NCBI GenBank assembly: GCA_963809895.1
Contig: CAWELD010000003.1
Location: 736,001 to 800,000, forward strand
Reading direction: 5' to 3'
Length of the DNA stretch: 64,000 nucleotides
DNA from: an uncultured Gemmatimonadales bacterium
GTDB taxonomy: Bacteria > Gemmatimonadota > Gemmatimonadetes > Longimicrobiales > Gaopeijiaceae
The notes under the pieces were generated by a model that was not told the DNA's origin, ran no database searches, and worked only from the letters and a program-made list of their open reading frames with translations. The translations under genes and the position numbers were made by a program. Positions 32,327 through 40,595 of the stretch are shown here, in pieces; position 1 is the stretch's first letter, and each line of letters opens with the position of its first letter.

Positions 32327-32872
32327 TTGGACGAACGACAACTGGTCGAGAAGGCCCGCGGCGGTGACGAAGCCGCCTTCCGGTGCCTGTACGACGCGAA
32401 CGTGGACCGGATCTACCGGCTCGCCTACCGCATGTGCGGGGAGGACGACATGGCCCGGGACTTCACGCAGGAGGCCTTCTTTCGGGCCTACCGGCGCCTG
32501 GACCAGTTCCGGGGTGACGCCGCGTTCTCGACGTGGCTCCACTCCATTGCGGTTTCGGTGACCCTGAACGGGCTCCGGAAGGTTGATCGCCATCGCAAGC
32601 GTGAACGGACCCTCGAGGACGCGGCACCCCTGGCGGCCCGGCCACGCAGGCGGGCGGATCCCGACCTCAAGAAGCGCTTGTCGGCGGCGGTCGACGAGCT
32701 TCCCGAGATCTATCGGACGGTATTCGTGATGCACGACGTGGAAGGCTACAACCACGCAGAGATCGCCTCGGCCCTGGACGTGGCCGAGGGAACGTCGAAG
32801 GCGCGTCTCAGCCGTGCGCGTGCTCGGTTGCGGGACGCCCTCGAAGACTTCGCACCGGAGGTGGCGGGATGA
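32327..32872 (+). CDS. ECF RNA polymerase sigma factor
   Basis: Region 2 ARDFTQEAFFRAYRRLDQFRGDAAFSTWL; region 4 EIASALDVAEGTSKARLSRAR. Confidence 0.93.
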   Translation: MDERQLVEKARGGDEAAFRCLYDANVDRIYRLAYRMCGEDDMARDFTQEAFFRAYRRLDQFRGDAAFSTWLHSIAVSVTLNGLRKVDRHRKRERTLEDAAPLAARPRRRADPDLKKRLSAAVDELPEIYRTVFVMHDVEGYNHAEIASALDVAEGTSKARLSRARARLRDALEDFAPEVAG

Positions 32873-33570
32873 GCGAGCTCGACGCGCGAGACGAGGCGCT
32901 GGCCCGGCTGGCCCGGGAGGCGCACAACCCCCCGCCTCCCACCCCTCGCGAGGAGATGTGGGCGGCGTTGCAGGCGCGCATTCGCGCCGAAGCCGAAGGG
33001 GACGGCCCCGCCCGTGACGGCATACGGTCGTTGCAGGAAGCCCGCCGGCGTCGCGGCTGGAGCGGCATGCGCTGGGCGGGATTGGCGGTGGCCGCTTCCG
33101 CCACTCTCCTGCTGGGCGTGGGGATCGGCCGGATGACGGCGCCCACGCCGGCGGGCACCGACGTGCCGATGCTCGCCTCGACTTCGGCGTCCAACGACGG
33201 CGCGCCGTCGGCGGCCGCCCGGACCGTGGCCGCCCAGCACCTGGCCGCCACCGAGACGCTCCTGAGCTTCGTGCAGGCCGACGCCAGCGCGGGGCGGTTC
33301 GACGAGCAGGTGGGCTCCTGGGGCCGGGGCTTGTTGGTGGAGACCCGGCTCTTGTTGGACTCGGAGGTAGGTCGGGATCCCGCGCTGAGGGAGCTCCTGG
33401 AGGACATGGAGGTCATCCTGGCGCAGGTGGCGATTCTCGCCGATACGAAGGCCCCGGCACGTGGGCGTGAAGAGCTCAAGCTCATCGCCCGGGGCGTCCA
33501 GGAACAGCAGATGATGACCCGCATCCAGACGGCGCTGCCCGCCATGGACGCCGGTCTGTCCGGAACCTGA
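32869..33570 (+). CDS. Putative single-TM anti-sigma factor
   Basis: ATGA overlap with the sigma gene; cytoplasmic N-terminus, one TM, periplasmic helical domain. Confidence 0.7.
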   Translation: MSELDARDEALARLAREAHNPPPPTPREEMWAALQARIRAEAEGDGPARDGIRSLQEARRRRGWSGMRWAGLAVAASATLLLGVGIGRMTAPTPAGTDVPMLASTSASNDGAPSAAARTVAAQHLAATETLLSFVQADASAGRFDEQVGSWGRGLLVETRLLLDSEVGRDPALRELLEDMEVILAQVAILADTKAPARGREELKLIARGVQEQQMMTRIQTALPAMDAGLSGT

Positions 33571-33578
33571 GGAGGACG

Positions 33579-35189
33579 ATGATGCGTGAGACGAAGAAGA
33601 CCCGGTGGCCGGCGTTGGTTCTGGGCACCTGCGCCCTCGCCGGCATCCTGGCCTGCGTGCCCGGTGGTCTGGCGGCACAGGACCTGGGGCGCATGGAGCG
33701 CGAGCGGGCGCTGGAGGAGCTGCAGCGGGTCGTGGCCCGCACCTCGGATCTCTCCCGGGCCGTGGCCGCCGGCGCTTCGCTCCGGGCCCAGGAGATGGAA
33801 TTGCGTGCCCGCGAGATGGCCATGGCCGACCACGTCGGACACGTGCGGGCGGTGGCAGACCACATGCGTCGGGTGGAGGAAGCGCTCGCCCAGCAGGGGC
33901 TGGGATCGTCGGGGTCCGGGTTCCGCACCCGCGCTCCGGCGCCCTGGCTGAGCCAGGATCCGGCCGACTCCCTCTACCGGGCCGCGCGCGATGCGCTGAA
34001 CGCCCGTCGCTACGCCGAGGCGGTGCGCAATTTCGGGCAGCTCCGCGAGCGTTACCCACGCTCGGGCTACGTGGCCGACGCCTACTACTTCCAGGCCCTG
34101 GCCCTCTATCGGCAGGGTGGCAGCCGGGGATTGGAGCAGGCACGGGAACTCCTCGAGCAGCAGCTCAGGGATCATCCCGATGCGAGCACCAGTGAAGACG
34201 CGCGGGCCCTGGCCGTGCGCATCCAGAGCCGCCTGGCCCGGGAGGGCGACGCCGCCGCGGCCGCGTCCGTGGCCCGGTCGGCGTCGGCGGACTGTGAAGA
34301 CGAGGACCAGAGCGTCCGTGCCACGGCCCTGAGTGCTCTGCTGCAGATGGACTCCGAGCAGGCCATGCCCATCCTGCGCGAGGTCCTCAAGGACCGCGGA
34401 GAGTGCAGTGCGGCCCTGAGAAAGCAGGCCGTCTTCCTGATCTCGCAGAAGATGACGGACGACGACGTCGACATCCTGGTGGATCTGGCCGTGGGCAACC
34501 CGGACCCGGATCCGGAGGTCAGAGAGGCCGCGGTCTTCTGGCTCTCGCAGTCCAGTAGCGAGAAGGCGCTGGACGCCCTCCTGTCGATCCTCGAGTCCGG
34601 CACGGCCGACGCCACGGTCCAGAAGAAGGCCGTGTTCGCCATCGCGCAGCACAGCAGTCCGCGGGCCGCAGAGGCCCTGCGCACCTACGCTCGCAACGCC
34701 TCCGCGCCCACCGACCTGCGCTCCGATGCCATCTTCTGGCTGGGACAGCGGCGTGGCGCCGAGGGCGATTCCTTCCTCCGGGATCTGTACGGCTCGCTGC
34801 AGGATCCGGATCTCAAGGATCGGGTGCTGTTCTCCGTTGCCCAGAATCCGTCCGAGGCGAATCGGGGCTGGCTGCTGGCCCGGGCCCGGGACGCCAACGA
34901 GCCCATCCAGGTCCGCAAGAAGGCGCTCTTCTGGGCCGGTCAGGCGGGGCTGGGGCCCCAGGAGGCTCTGGAGATCTACCGGAGCGCGCAGGATACCGAG
35001 ATGAAGGAGCAGGCGCTCCTCGTCCTCACCCAGGTCAAGGACGATCGGGGGGCGGCGGTGGACGCGCTCATGGAGATCGCGCGCACCGAGCAGGACCCGG
35101 AGCTGAAGAAGCGCGCCGTGTTCTGGCTCGGCCAGAGCAAGGATCCCAGAGTGGCCGACTTCCTTCTCCAACTGATCCGGGGAGGCTGA
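33579..35189 (+). CDS. Exported TPR plus HEAT-repeat protein
   Basis: Signal peptide; TPR (LYRAARDALNARRY..ERYPRSGYVADAYYF); repeated [VL]RxxA[VL]FW[LA]xQ units. Confidence 0.85.
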   Translation: MMRETKKTRWPALVLGTCALAGILACVPGGLAAQDLGRMERERALEELQRVVARTSDLSRAVAAGASLRAQEMELRAREMAMADHVGHVRAVADHMRRVEEALAQQGLGSSGSGFRTRAPAPWLSQDPADSLYRAARDALNARRYAEAVRNFGQLRERYPRSGYVADAYYFQALALYRQGGSRGLEQARELLEQQLRDHPDASTSEDARALAVRIQSRLAREGDAAAAASVARSASADCEDEDQSVRATALSALLQMDSEQAMPILREVLKDRGECSAALRKQAVFLISQKMTDDDVDILVDLAVGNPDPDPEVREAAVFWLSQSSSEKALDALLSILESGTADATVQKKAVFAIAQHSSPRAAEALRTYARNASAPTDLRSDAIFWLGQRRGAEGDSFLRDLYGSLQDPDLKDRVLFSVAQNPSEANRGWLLARARDANEPIQVRKKALFWAGQAGLGPQEALEIYRSAQDTEMKEQALLVLTQVKDDRGAAVDALMEIARTEQDPELKKRAVFWLGQSKDPRVADFLLQLIRGG

Positions 35190-35191
35190 AC

Positions 35192-35980
35192 ATGCGGCGG
35201 ACGGTGAGGCGAGGGATGGTACTGGTGGCGGCGGCCGCGTTGGGGATTCCCGGAGGCGTCGCGGGCCAGGATCTGGCACGGAGGATCCGAGACGCGACCG
35301 GGGAGCGCATCGCGTTCTCCTTCGCGGTGCGGGACGATGTCCAGGTGTGCGACCACGGGATCAGGAGCCGGGACGGCAACAGCCGCTGGAGCTGGTCTGG
35401 AGACCGTGACAACGTGTGCGACGACGGGCCCCTGCGGGTGGAGCTTCGCAGGGAAGGGGGCCGGATCACCGACCTGGATCTGGAGCGGGCCGGGGCCGGT
35501 CCGGCGTCAGGCACCGACCTGGGCGAGGTGGACCCTCGCGAGGCTGCGGATTTCCTCCTGGGTCTGGCGCGGAGCGATGCGGCCACCCGGGCGGCCCGCG
35601 ACGGCCTCATGGCCTCGACGCTGGCGAAGGACGTCGACGTGGCACCGGATCTTCTGGCGCTGGCCCGGGACCGTGACCTGGATGCGGACGTGCGCAAGAA
35701 CGCGCTCTTCTGGGTGGCCCAGGTGGCGTCCAGCCGGATCGGGCCGGAGCTGGCGGGAATCGCGGCGGCCGAGGCCGAGGACCAGGAGGTGCGCGATGCC
35801 GCGGTGTTCGCCCTGTCCCAGCGCGACAGCGACGAGTCGGTCCCGGCCCTCATGGATCTGGCCCGTAGCGCGCCCCACGCGAAGACCCGCAAGTCCGCGC
35901 TGTTCTGGCTCGCCCAGTCGGACGACCCGCGCGTGCCCGACTTCTTCGCGGAGCTCATCCTGGGGGATGCGGGCGGCTGA
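35192..35980 (+). CDS. Exported HEAT-repeat protein
   Basis: Signal peptide; VRKNALFWVAQ, VRDAAVFALSQ, TRKSALFWLAQ. Confidence 0.85.
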   Translation: MRRTVRRGMVLVAAAALGIPGGVAGQDLARRIRDATGERIAFSFAVRDDVQVCDHGIRSRDGNSRWSWSGDRDNVCDDGPLRVELRREGGRITDLDLERAGAGPASGTDLGEVDPREAADFLLGLARSDAATRAARDGLMASTLAKDVDVAPDLLALARDRDLDADVRKNALFWVAQVASSRIGPELAGIAAAEAEDQEVRDAAVFALSQRDSDESVPALMDLARSAPHAKTRKSALFWLAQSDDPRVPDFFAELILGDAGG

Positions 35981-36135
35981 TCACGCCGCGCCCGACCTGT
36001 TGAACGGCGGCTCTCCGGTCCCAGCTCCGGGGAGCCGCCTTCGGCGTTTCGCAGGCTCCGAGCACGGTAGCGGCCCCTGGCCGGGACGTTTACAATGGTC
36101 CTTGTGACCACCTCCCTCCTCACCCGGCCCCTTCC

Positions 36136-37050
36136 ATGAGCGCCGTGGCCCCCCGTCCCACCGTCGTCCTCCTGGTCGACGGTGACCACCAGCGTGCCCG
36201 AGCCCTGGCCCGGGAGCTGGAGGAGGGGCTCGGCGACCGTGGTCCAGCGCTCCGGCTCGAGCACGCGTCGGAGCTCCAGACCGCCCTGGAGCGTCTCTCT
36301 CGGGGCGGGGTGGACGTGGTCCTCCTCGATATCTTGCTGCCCGACAGCCAGGGGTTGGTTACCTTTGAACAGGCGTACGCCTTCGCGCCGGACGTGCCGT
36401 TCGTCGTGTTCACGGACGTCGACGACGAGACGACCGCCGTGGCGGCCGTGCAGGCCGGTGCGCAGGACTACCTGGTTCGGTCGGAGATCGATGCCCGGGG
36501 TCTGCTACGCTCCATCCGCTATTCGATCGAGCGCCATCGGCTTCTCATGGCGCTCAAGAGCCTCTCTCTCATCGACGATCTGACGGGACTCTACAACCGT
36601 AGGGGGTTCATGGAGCTGGGAACGCAGTTCCTGAAGCTGTTGCGGAGATCCGGGCGGGGCGCCACGCTGCTCTACCTCGATCTGGACCGCTTCAAGCGCA
36701 TCAACGACGCTCACGGGCACCACGTGGGCGACCGCGCGCTCATTCACGTTGCCGAGATTCTGCGCGCCGCGTTCCGGCGCTCGGACCTGATCGCGCGCGT
36801 GGGTGGCGACGAATTCGCCGTGCTGGCGCCGGCGACTTCCAGCGAGCCGGCGGAGATGCTGGACCGCCGGGTCCGCGAGGGCCTGGCTTCATTCAACAAC
36901 TCGGCGGTCGACGCCTACCGACTCGATGCCAGCCTGGGATTGGCGCGCGCCGAGCCCGGTGAGAGATTCCGCCTCGAAGATGTCCTGGCCGCTGCGGATG
37001 CTGCCATGTACGAAGAGAAGCGAACCAAACGCAAGGTGGTGGCTCGGTGA
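36136..37050 (+). CDS. Response regulator diguanylate cyclase (REC-GGDEF)
   Basis: REC with VVLLDILLPD; DDLTGLYNRR, DLDRFKRIND, RRSD I-site, intact GGDEF. Confidence 0.93.
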   Translation: MSAVAPRPTVVLLVDGDHQRARALARELEEGLGDRGPALRLEHASELQTALERLSRGGVDVVLLDILLPDSQGLVTFEQAYAFAPDVPFVVFTDVDDETTAVAAVQAGAQDYLVRSEIDARGLLRSIRYSIERHRLLMALKSLSLIDDLTGLYNRRGFMELGTQFLKLLRRSGRGATLLYLDLDRFKRINDAHGHHVGDRALIHVAEILRAAFRRSDLIARVGGDEFAVLAPATSSEPAEMLDRRVREGLASFNNSAVDAYRLDASLGLARAEPGERFRLEDVLAAADAAMYEEKRTKRKVVAR

Positions 37051-39179
37051 CGCAGGACGTGACCCAGTCCGGAACGGAGCGGCGTCCGCGGGCGGTCCAC
37101 TGGTTGGTCCGCATCGTCGAGCGCGCCGGCATGGACGGTGGGGCCCGGATCGATCTCCGGCCGGGCACGCCCATCCTCGAGGCGTGGAAGACCGTCACGC
37201 GGGCCTATCAGGTCTCGGAGGCGGACCTCGCCGAGCTGGTGGCCAAGTACTATCGCCTCGAGGTGGCCGACCTGACAGCGGCGCAGACCGGGGCCGCCAA
37301 CCTCATCTCCGAGGCCATGGCCCGGAAGCACCACATCCTTCCGGTGCGGGAGGACGAGCGTCATCTGGTGGTGGCGACGTGCGATCCCACCGACGTGGAG
37401 ACCGAACGCGCCGTGGGTTTCTCCACCGGCAAGAGCGTGGTCTTCCAGGTCGCCTCGCCCTCGGCCATCGGCGATACCATCGACGGCATGTTCGCGCCGG
37501 GTCGCGCCGGCGCCGTGGAGGCCATCCTCGGCTCCCTGGACATGGATGTCGAGGATCTGGACCTGGTGCGTGCGGTAGAGGAGCGCGGGCCGGAGAGCGT
37601 CTCCGAGGACGATGCCGGGGCGACCCCGGTGATCCGTCTGACCAATCTCATCATCACCGAGGCGGTCAATCAGGGAGCCAGCGACATCCACATCGAGCCG
37701 GGGCGCTCCACGGGCACCGTGCGCTACCGGGTGGACGGCGTGCTCCGTAAGCACATGGATCTTCCGATGCCCGCCATGAACCGGGTGGTGTCGCGCATCA
37801 AGATCCTCTCCCGCCTCGACATCGCGGACCGGATTCGGCCCCAGGACGGGAAGGTGCGCGTCAAAGTACGCGACGCGTACTACGACCTCCGGGTGTCGAC
37901 CATCCCGGCGGCGGGCTCCGAGAAGTGCGTGATCCGTATTCTGGACTCCAACACGTCGGTCACGCTCGAGGACCTGGATCTGCCCGAGTTGGAGCTCCAG
38001 CGGATGCGGGAGCTCCTGACGCACCGGTCGGGCGTGGTGGTGGTCACCGGACCCACCGGATCCGGAAAGACCACGACCTTGTACGGAGCGCTACGGGAGA
38101 TCGCGGACGGGAAGGTCAACATCATGACCGTCGAGGATCCCGTGGAGTACGATCTGCCCTCCATCACCCAGACCCAGGTGGAGCCGAAGCAGGGCGTGAC
38201 CTTCGGGTCGGCGTTGCGGGCGATCCTGCGCCAGGACCCCGACGTCATCCTGGTGGGTGAGATCCGGGACAAGGAGACAGCCGAGGTGGCGGCGCAGGCG
38301 GCCATGACGGGCCACCTGGTTCTGGCCACCGTCCACGCCAACGACGCGGTCAGCGCCGTGGGCCGGTTGGCGGACATCGGGCTGGCGTTTCCCCTCATCG
38401 CGCAGACCCTGCGTGGCGCGTTCGCGCAGCGGCTTCTGCGCAAGGTCTGCACGGCGTGCGCCGAGCCCGTGCGGGGTGCTCTGACCCCCGACGAGCAGCG
38501 CCTCATGGACCGCCACGGCGCCGAGCCCATGGTGCGCGCCGTGGGGTGCGCGGAGTGTGGCTTCACCGGCTACCGGGGCCGGCTGCCCGTGGTCGAGGTC
38601 CTGCACGTCGGGCCTCGTTTTCAGACGGCCATCGAGCAGCACAAGGGGTGGGCGACACTCACCCGGGTGGCGATGGAGGCGGGCATGCGTCCCATGCACG
38701 ACGTCGCCCTGGAGTGGGTGCGACTGGGTCGCACCACGCTGGTCGAGGTCGAGCGCATCCTGGGGCAGGTGGTGGACGAGGAGCCCGAAGAGAAGGATTC
38801 CGGGCCGCCCCGAATCCTGGTCATGGAAGACGACGCCGATGCGCGACTCCTGCTCCGCACTGTCCTCACCAAGGAAGGCTACGACGTCGTCGACGCCAAG
38901 AACGGGCAGGAGGGCATGGAGATCCTGCGCGAGGATCCCGATTTCGCCTTGGTGATCCTCGACCTGGTCATGCCCGGCATGTCCGGTCGGGAAGTGCTGG
39001 CCGAGATCCGCTCCATGGTGGACACCATGGCCCTTCCCGTGCTGGTGCGTACCGGTGCGGGGTCGGAAGAGGACGAGGCCGAGCTCCTCGACGCCGGTGC
39101 CGACGAATACGTGACCAAGGCCACCGACCCCACGCGCTTCCTGGCCCGGGTCCGGGCCGTCCTGCGTCGCGCGGTGTAG
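37047..39179 (+). CDS. PilB/GspE-family secretion ATPase fused to a C-terminal receiver domain
   Basis: ASDIHIEP, GPTGSGKTT, TVEDPVEY, LRQDPDVILVGEIRD, CTAC/CAEC zinc motif; REC ILVMEDD..ILDLVMPGMSG..YVTK. Confidence 0.92.
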   Translation: MTQDVTQSGTERRPRAVHWLVRIVERAGMDGGARIDLRPGTPILEAWKTVTRAYQVSEADLAELVAKYYRLEVADLTAAQTGAANLISEAMARKHHILPVREDERHLVVATCDPTDVETERAVGFSTGKSVVFQVASPSAIGDTIDGMFAPGRAGAVEAILGSLDMDVEDLDLVRAVEERGPESVSEDDAGATPVIRLTNLIITEAVNQGASDIHIEPGRSTGTVRYRVDGVLRKHMDLPMPAMNRVVSRIKILSRLDIADRIRPQDGKVRVKVRDAYYDLRVSTIPAAGSEKCVIRILDSNTSVTLEDLDLPELELQRMRELLTHRSGVVVVTGPTGSGKTTTLYGALREIADGKVNIMTVEDPVEYDLPSITQTQVEPKQGVTFGSALRAILRQDPDVILVGEIRDKETAEVAAQAAMTGHLVLATVHANDAVSAVGRLADIGLAFPLIAQTLRGAFAQRLLRKVCTACAEPVRGALTPDEQRLMDRHGAEPMVRAVGCAECGFTGYRGRLPVVEVLHVGPRFQTAIEQHKGWATLTRVAMEAGMRPMHDVALEWVRLGRTTLVEVERILGQVVDEEPEEKDSGPPRILVMEDDADARLLLRTVLTKEGYDVVDAKNGQEGMEILREDPDFALVILDLVMPGMSGREVLAEIRSMVDTMALPVLVRTGAGSEEDEAELLDAGADEYVTKATDPTRFLARVRAVLRRAV

Positions 39180-39205
39180 GTACCCCCCGTCGTAAGCCAC
39201 GTCGG

Positions 39206-39331
39206 CGTAACAGCTCCGTAACGAACAGGGCTCATGTAACGCATGGGCCCTGTTGGTCGTTACACGCTCGACTAGTTTCTTCGCGGTTCGACAGGACGAA
39301 ACGCGGAGAACTCGTTACGGAGACGGTTATG
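39206..39331 (+). ncRNA. Candidate cis-regulatory structured leader upstream of the porin
   Basis: 13-bp stem 39224-39236/39242-39254; second stem 39277-39290/39297-39310; perfect 11-bp complement 39214-39224/39312-39322 covering the SD. Confidence 0.45.
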
Positions 39332-40390
39332 ACTCGATGGGGCCTGGCCGCTGTGGCGGCCCTCACCATGTGTTCGGCGAAGCTGAGTGCCCAGGATCTC
39401 ACGGTCATGGGGCGCGCAGCGACCTTCACCTTCGGCGGGCGCCTGCACCTGCAGTACTCCTACAGCTCGCCCGACGGGGCCGAGCCGGCAGACGTCTTCG
39501 TTCGACGGGCTCGCTTCATCACCGAGATCAAGGTGAGCGACTTCCTGGATGCCCGGGTCCAGCCCGATTTCGCGGGAGGCAAGGTCGCGCTGCAGGACGC
39601 CTGGGTCCGCTTCACCGTGAGCCCGGCATTCCGACTGTCCGCGGGGCAGTTCCAGCGTGCGCACGAGATCTTCGAGCGCACGAGCTCCACCGAGCTGTCG
39701 GTCATCGAGCGCGACGGCCGGGTCTCCGGGGTCGACGACTGCGCGGGCACGGGCGGGGTGTGCAGCCTCGGCCGCCTCGTGCACAAGCTGGACTACGCCG
39801 GCCGTGACGTGGGCCTGCGGCTCGAGGGCAAGCTGGGAGGCCGTCTCAGCTACAACGCCACCCTGACGAACGGGACGGGGGTCAACGTGCCGGACGAGAA
39901 CGACGCCAAGTCCGCCTCGGCTCGCGTTACGTACGCCGTGGGCGACGGCGTCGCGCTGTCCGGATACTACGGGGTCCACGACTACGAGCGCACCCGGCCC
40001 GACGACTCCATCGAAACCGACTTCGGCCACGCCGGCGGCGTCGACCTGGAGGTGGGGGACTTCATGGAGGGCTTCCACTTCATGGCCGGCGTGGTCCAGG
40101 GCGACAACTGGAAGGCGGGACCGAGCGCCACCTTCCGTGCCGCCCAGGCCATAGCCACCTGGTACCGGCCCGTGGCGTCGTCGCGCTTCGCGGCCTGGGA
40201 GCCGGTGCTGCGGGTCGGGTGGGCCGATCCCGACACCGACGGCGTGGACGACGAGGCGCTCCTCGTCACACCCGGACTCATGGTCTACGTCCTGGGGCGC
40301 AATCGCGTGGGCGCCAATGTCGACGTCTACAGCCCGGCGGTGGGCGACACCTCCTGGTCCCTCAAGGTCCAGACGTACCTCTACTTCTGA
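39329..40390 (+). CDS. OprO/OprP-like (phosphate-selective) porin
   Basis: Signal peptide; FVRRARF, QPDFAGG..LQDAWV, AGQFQ, GRDVG, NGTG..DENDAK; C-terminal F. Confidence 0.75.
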   Translation: MTRWGLAAVAALTMCSAKLSAQDLTVMGRAATFTFGGRLHLQYSYSSPDGAEPADVFVRRARFITEIKVSDFLDARVQPDFAGGKVALQDAWVRFTVSPAFRLSAGQFQRAHEIFERTSSTELSVIERDGRVSGVDDCAGTGGVCSLGRLVHKLDYAGRDVGLRLEGKLGGRLSYNATLTNGTGVNVPDENDAKSASARVTYAVGDGVALSGYYGVHDYERTRPDDSIETDFGHAGGVDLEVGDFMEGFHFMAGVVQGDNWKAGPSATFRAAQAIATWYRPVASSRFAAWEPVLRVGWADPDTDGVDDEALLVTPGLMVYVLGRNRVGANVDVYSPAVGDTSWSLKVQTYLYF

Positions 40391-40409
40391 GCGGGATCGG
40401 ACATCGTCC

Positions 40410-40447
40410 AGGGGCCCCGGGTCGGCGCCGATCGCCCCGGGGCCCTT
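40410..40447 (+). terminator. Hairpin after the porin
   Basis: GGGCCCCGGG...CCCGGGGCCC inverted repeat. Confidence 0.5.
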
Positions 40448-40453
40448 CCCGAA

Positions 40454-40482
40454 TTGACACCCCGGGGCCGCTGCCTCAGCTT
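40454..40482 (+). promoter_or_regulatory. Putative sigma70 promoter of secDF
   Basis: TTGACA (40454-40459), 17-bp spacer, CAGCTT. Confidence 0.5.
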
Positions 40483-40595
40483 AAGGGGCTGTTGTCACGG
40501 GGTCGCGCGGAGCGGCCCGCAAGGCGCCGCAGACGCGACTGCCGCGGGCGGTCGGTCCGGGCGCTTTTGCCATCCAAGGAGCACGTGTTCCGACC

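Noticed and set aside
38456..39328. 644-aa N-terminally extended porin ORF
   Set aside because: The extension overlaps the ATPase out of frame; SD and signal peptide point to a start at 39329
39206..39331. Known c-di-GMP-I or -II riboswitch
   Set aside because: No GNRA tetraloop/receptor or other consensus features visible by eye; kept only as an unassigned candidate
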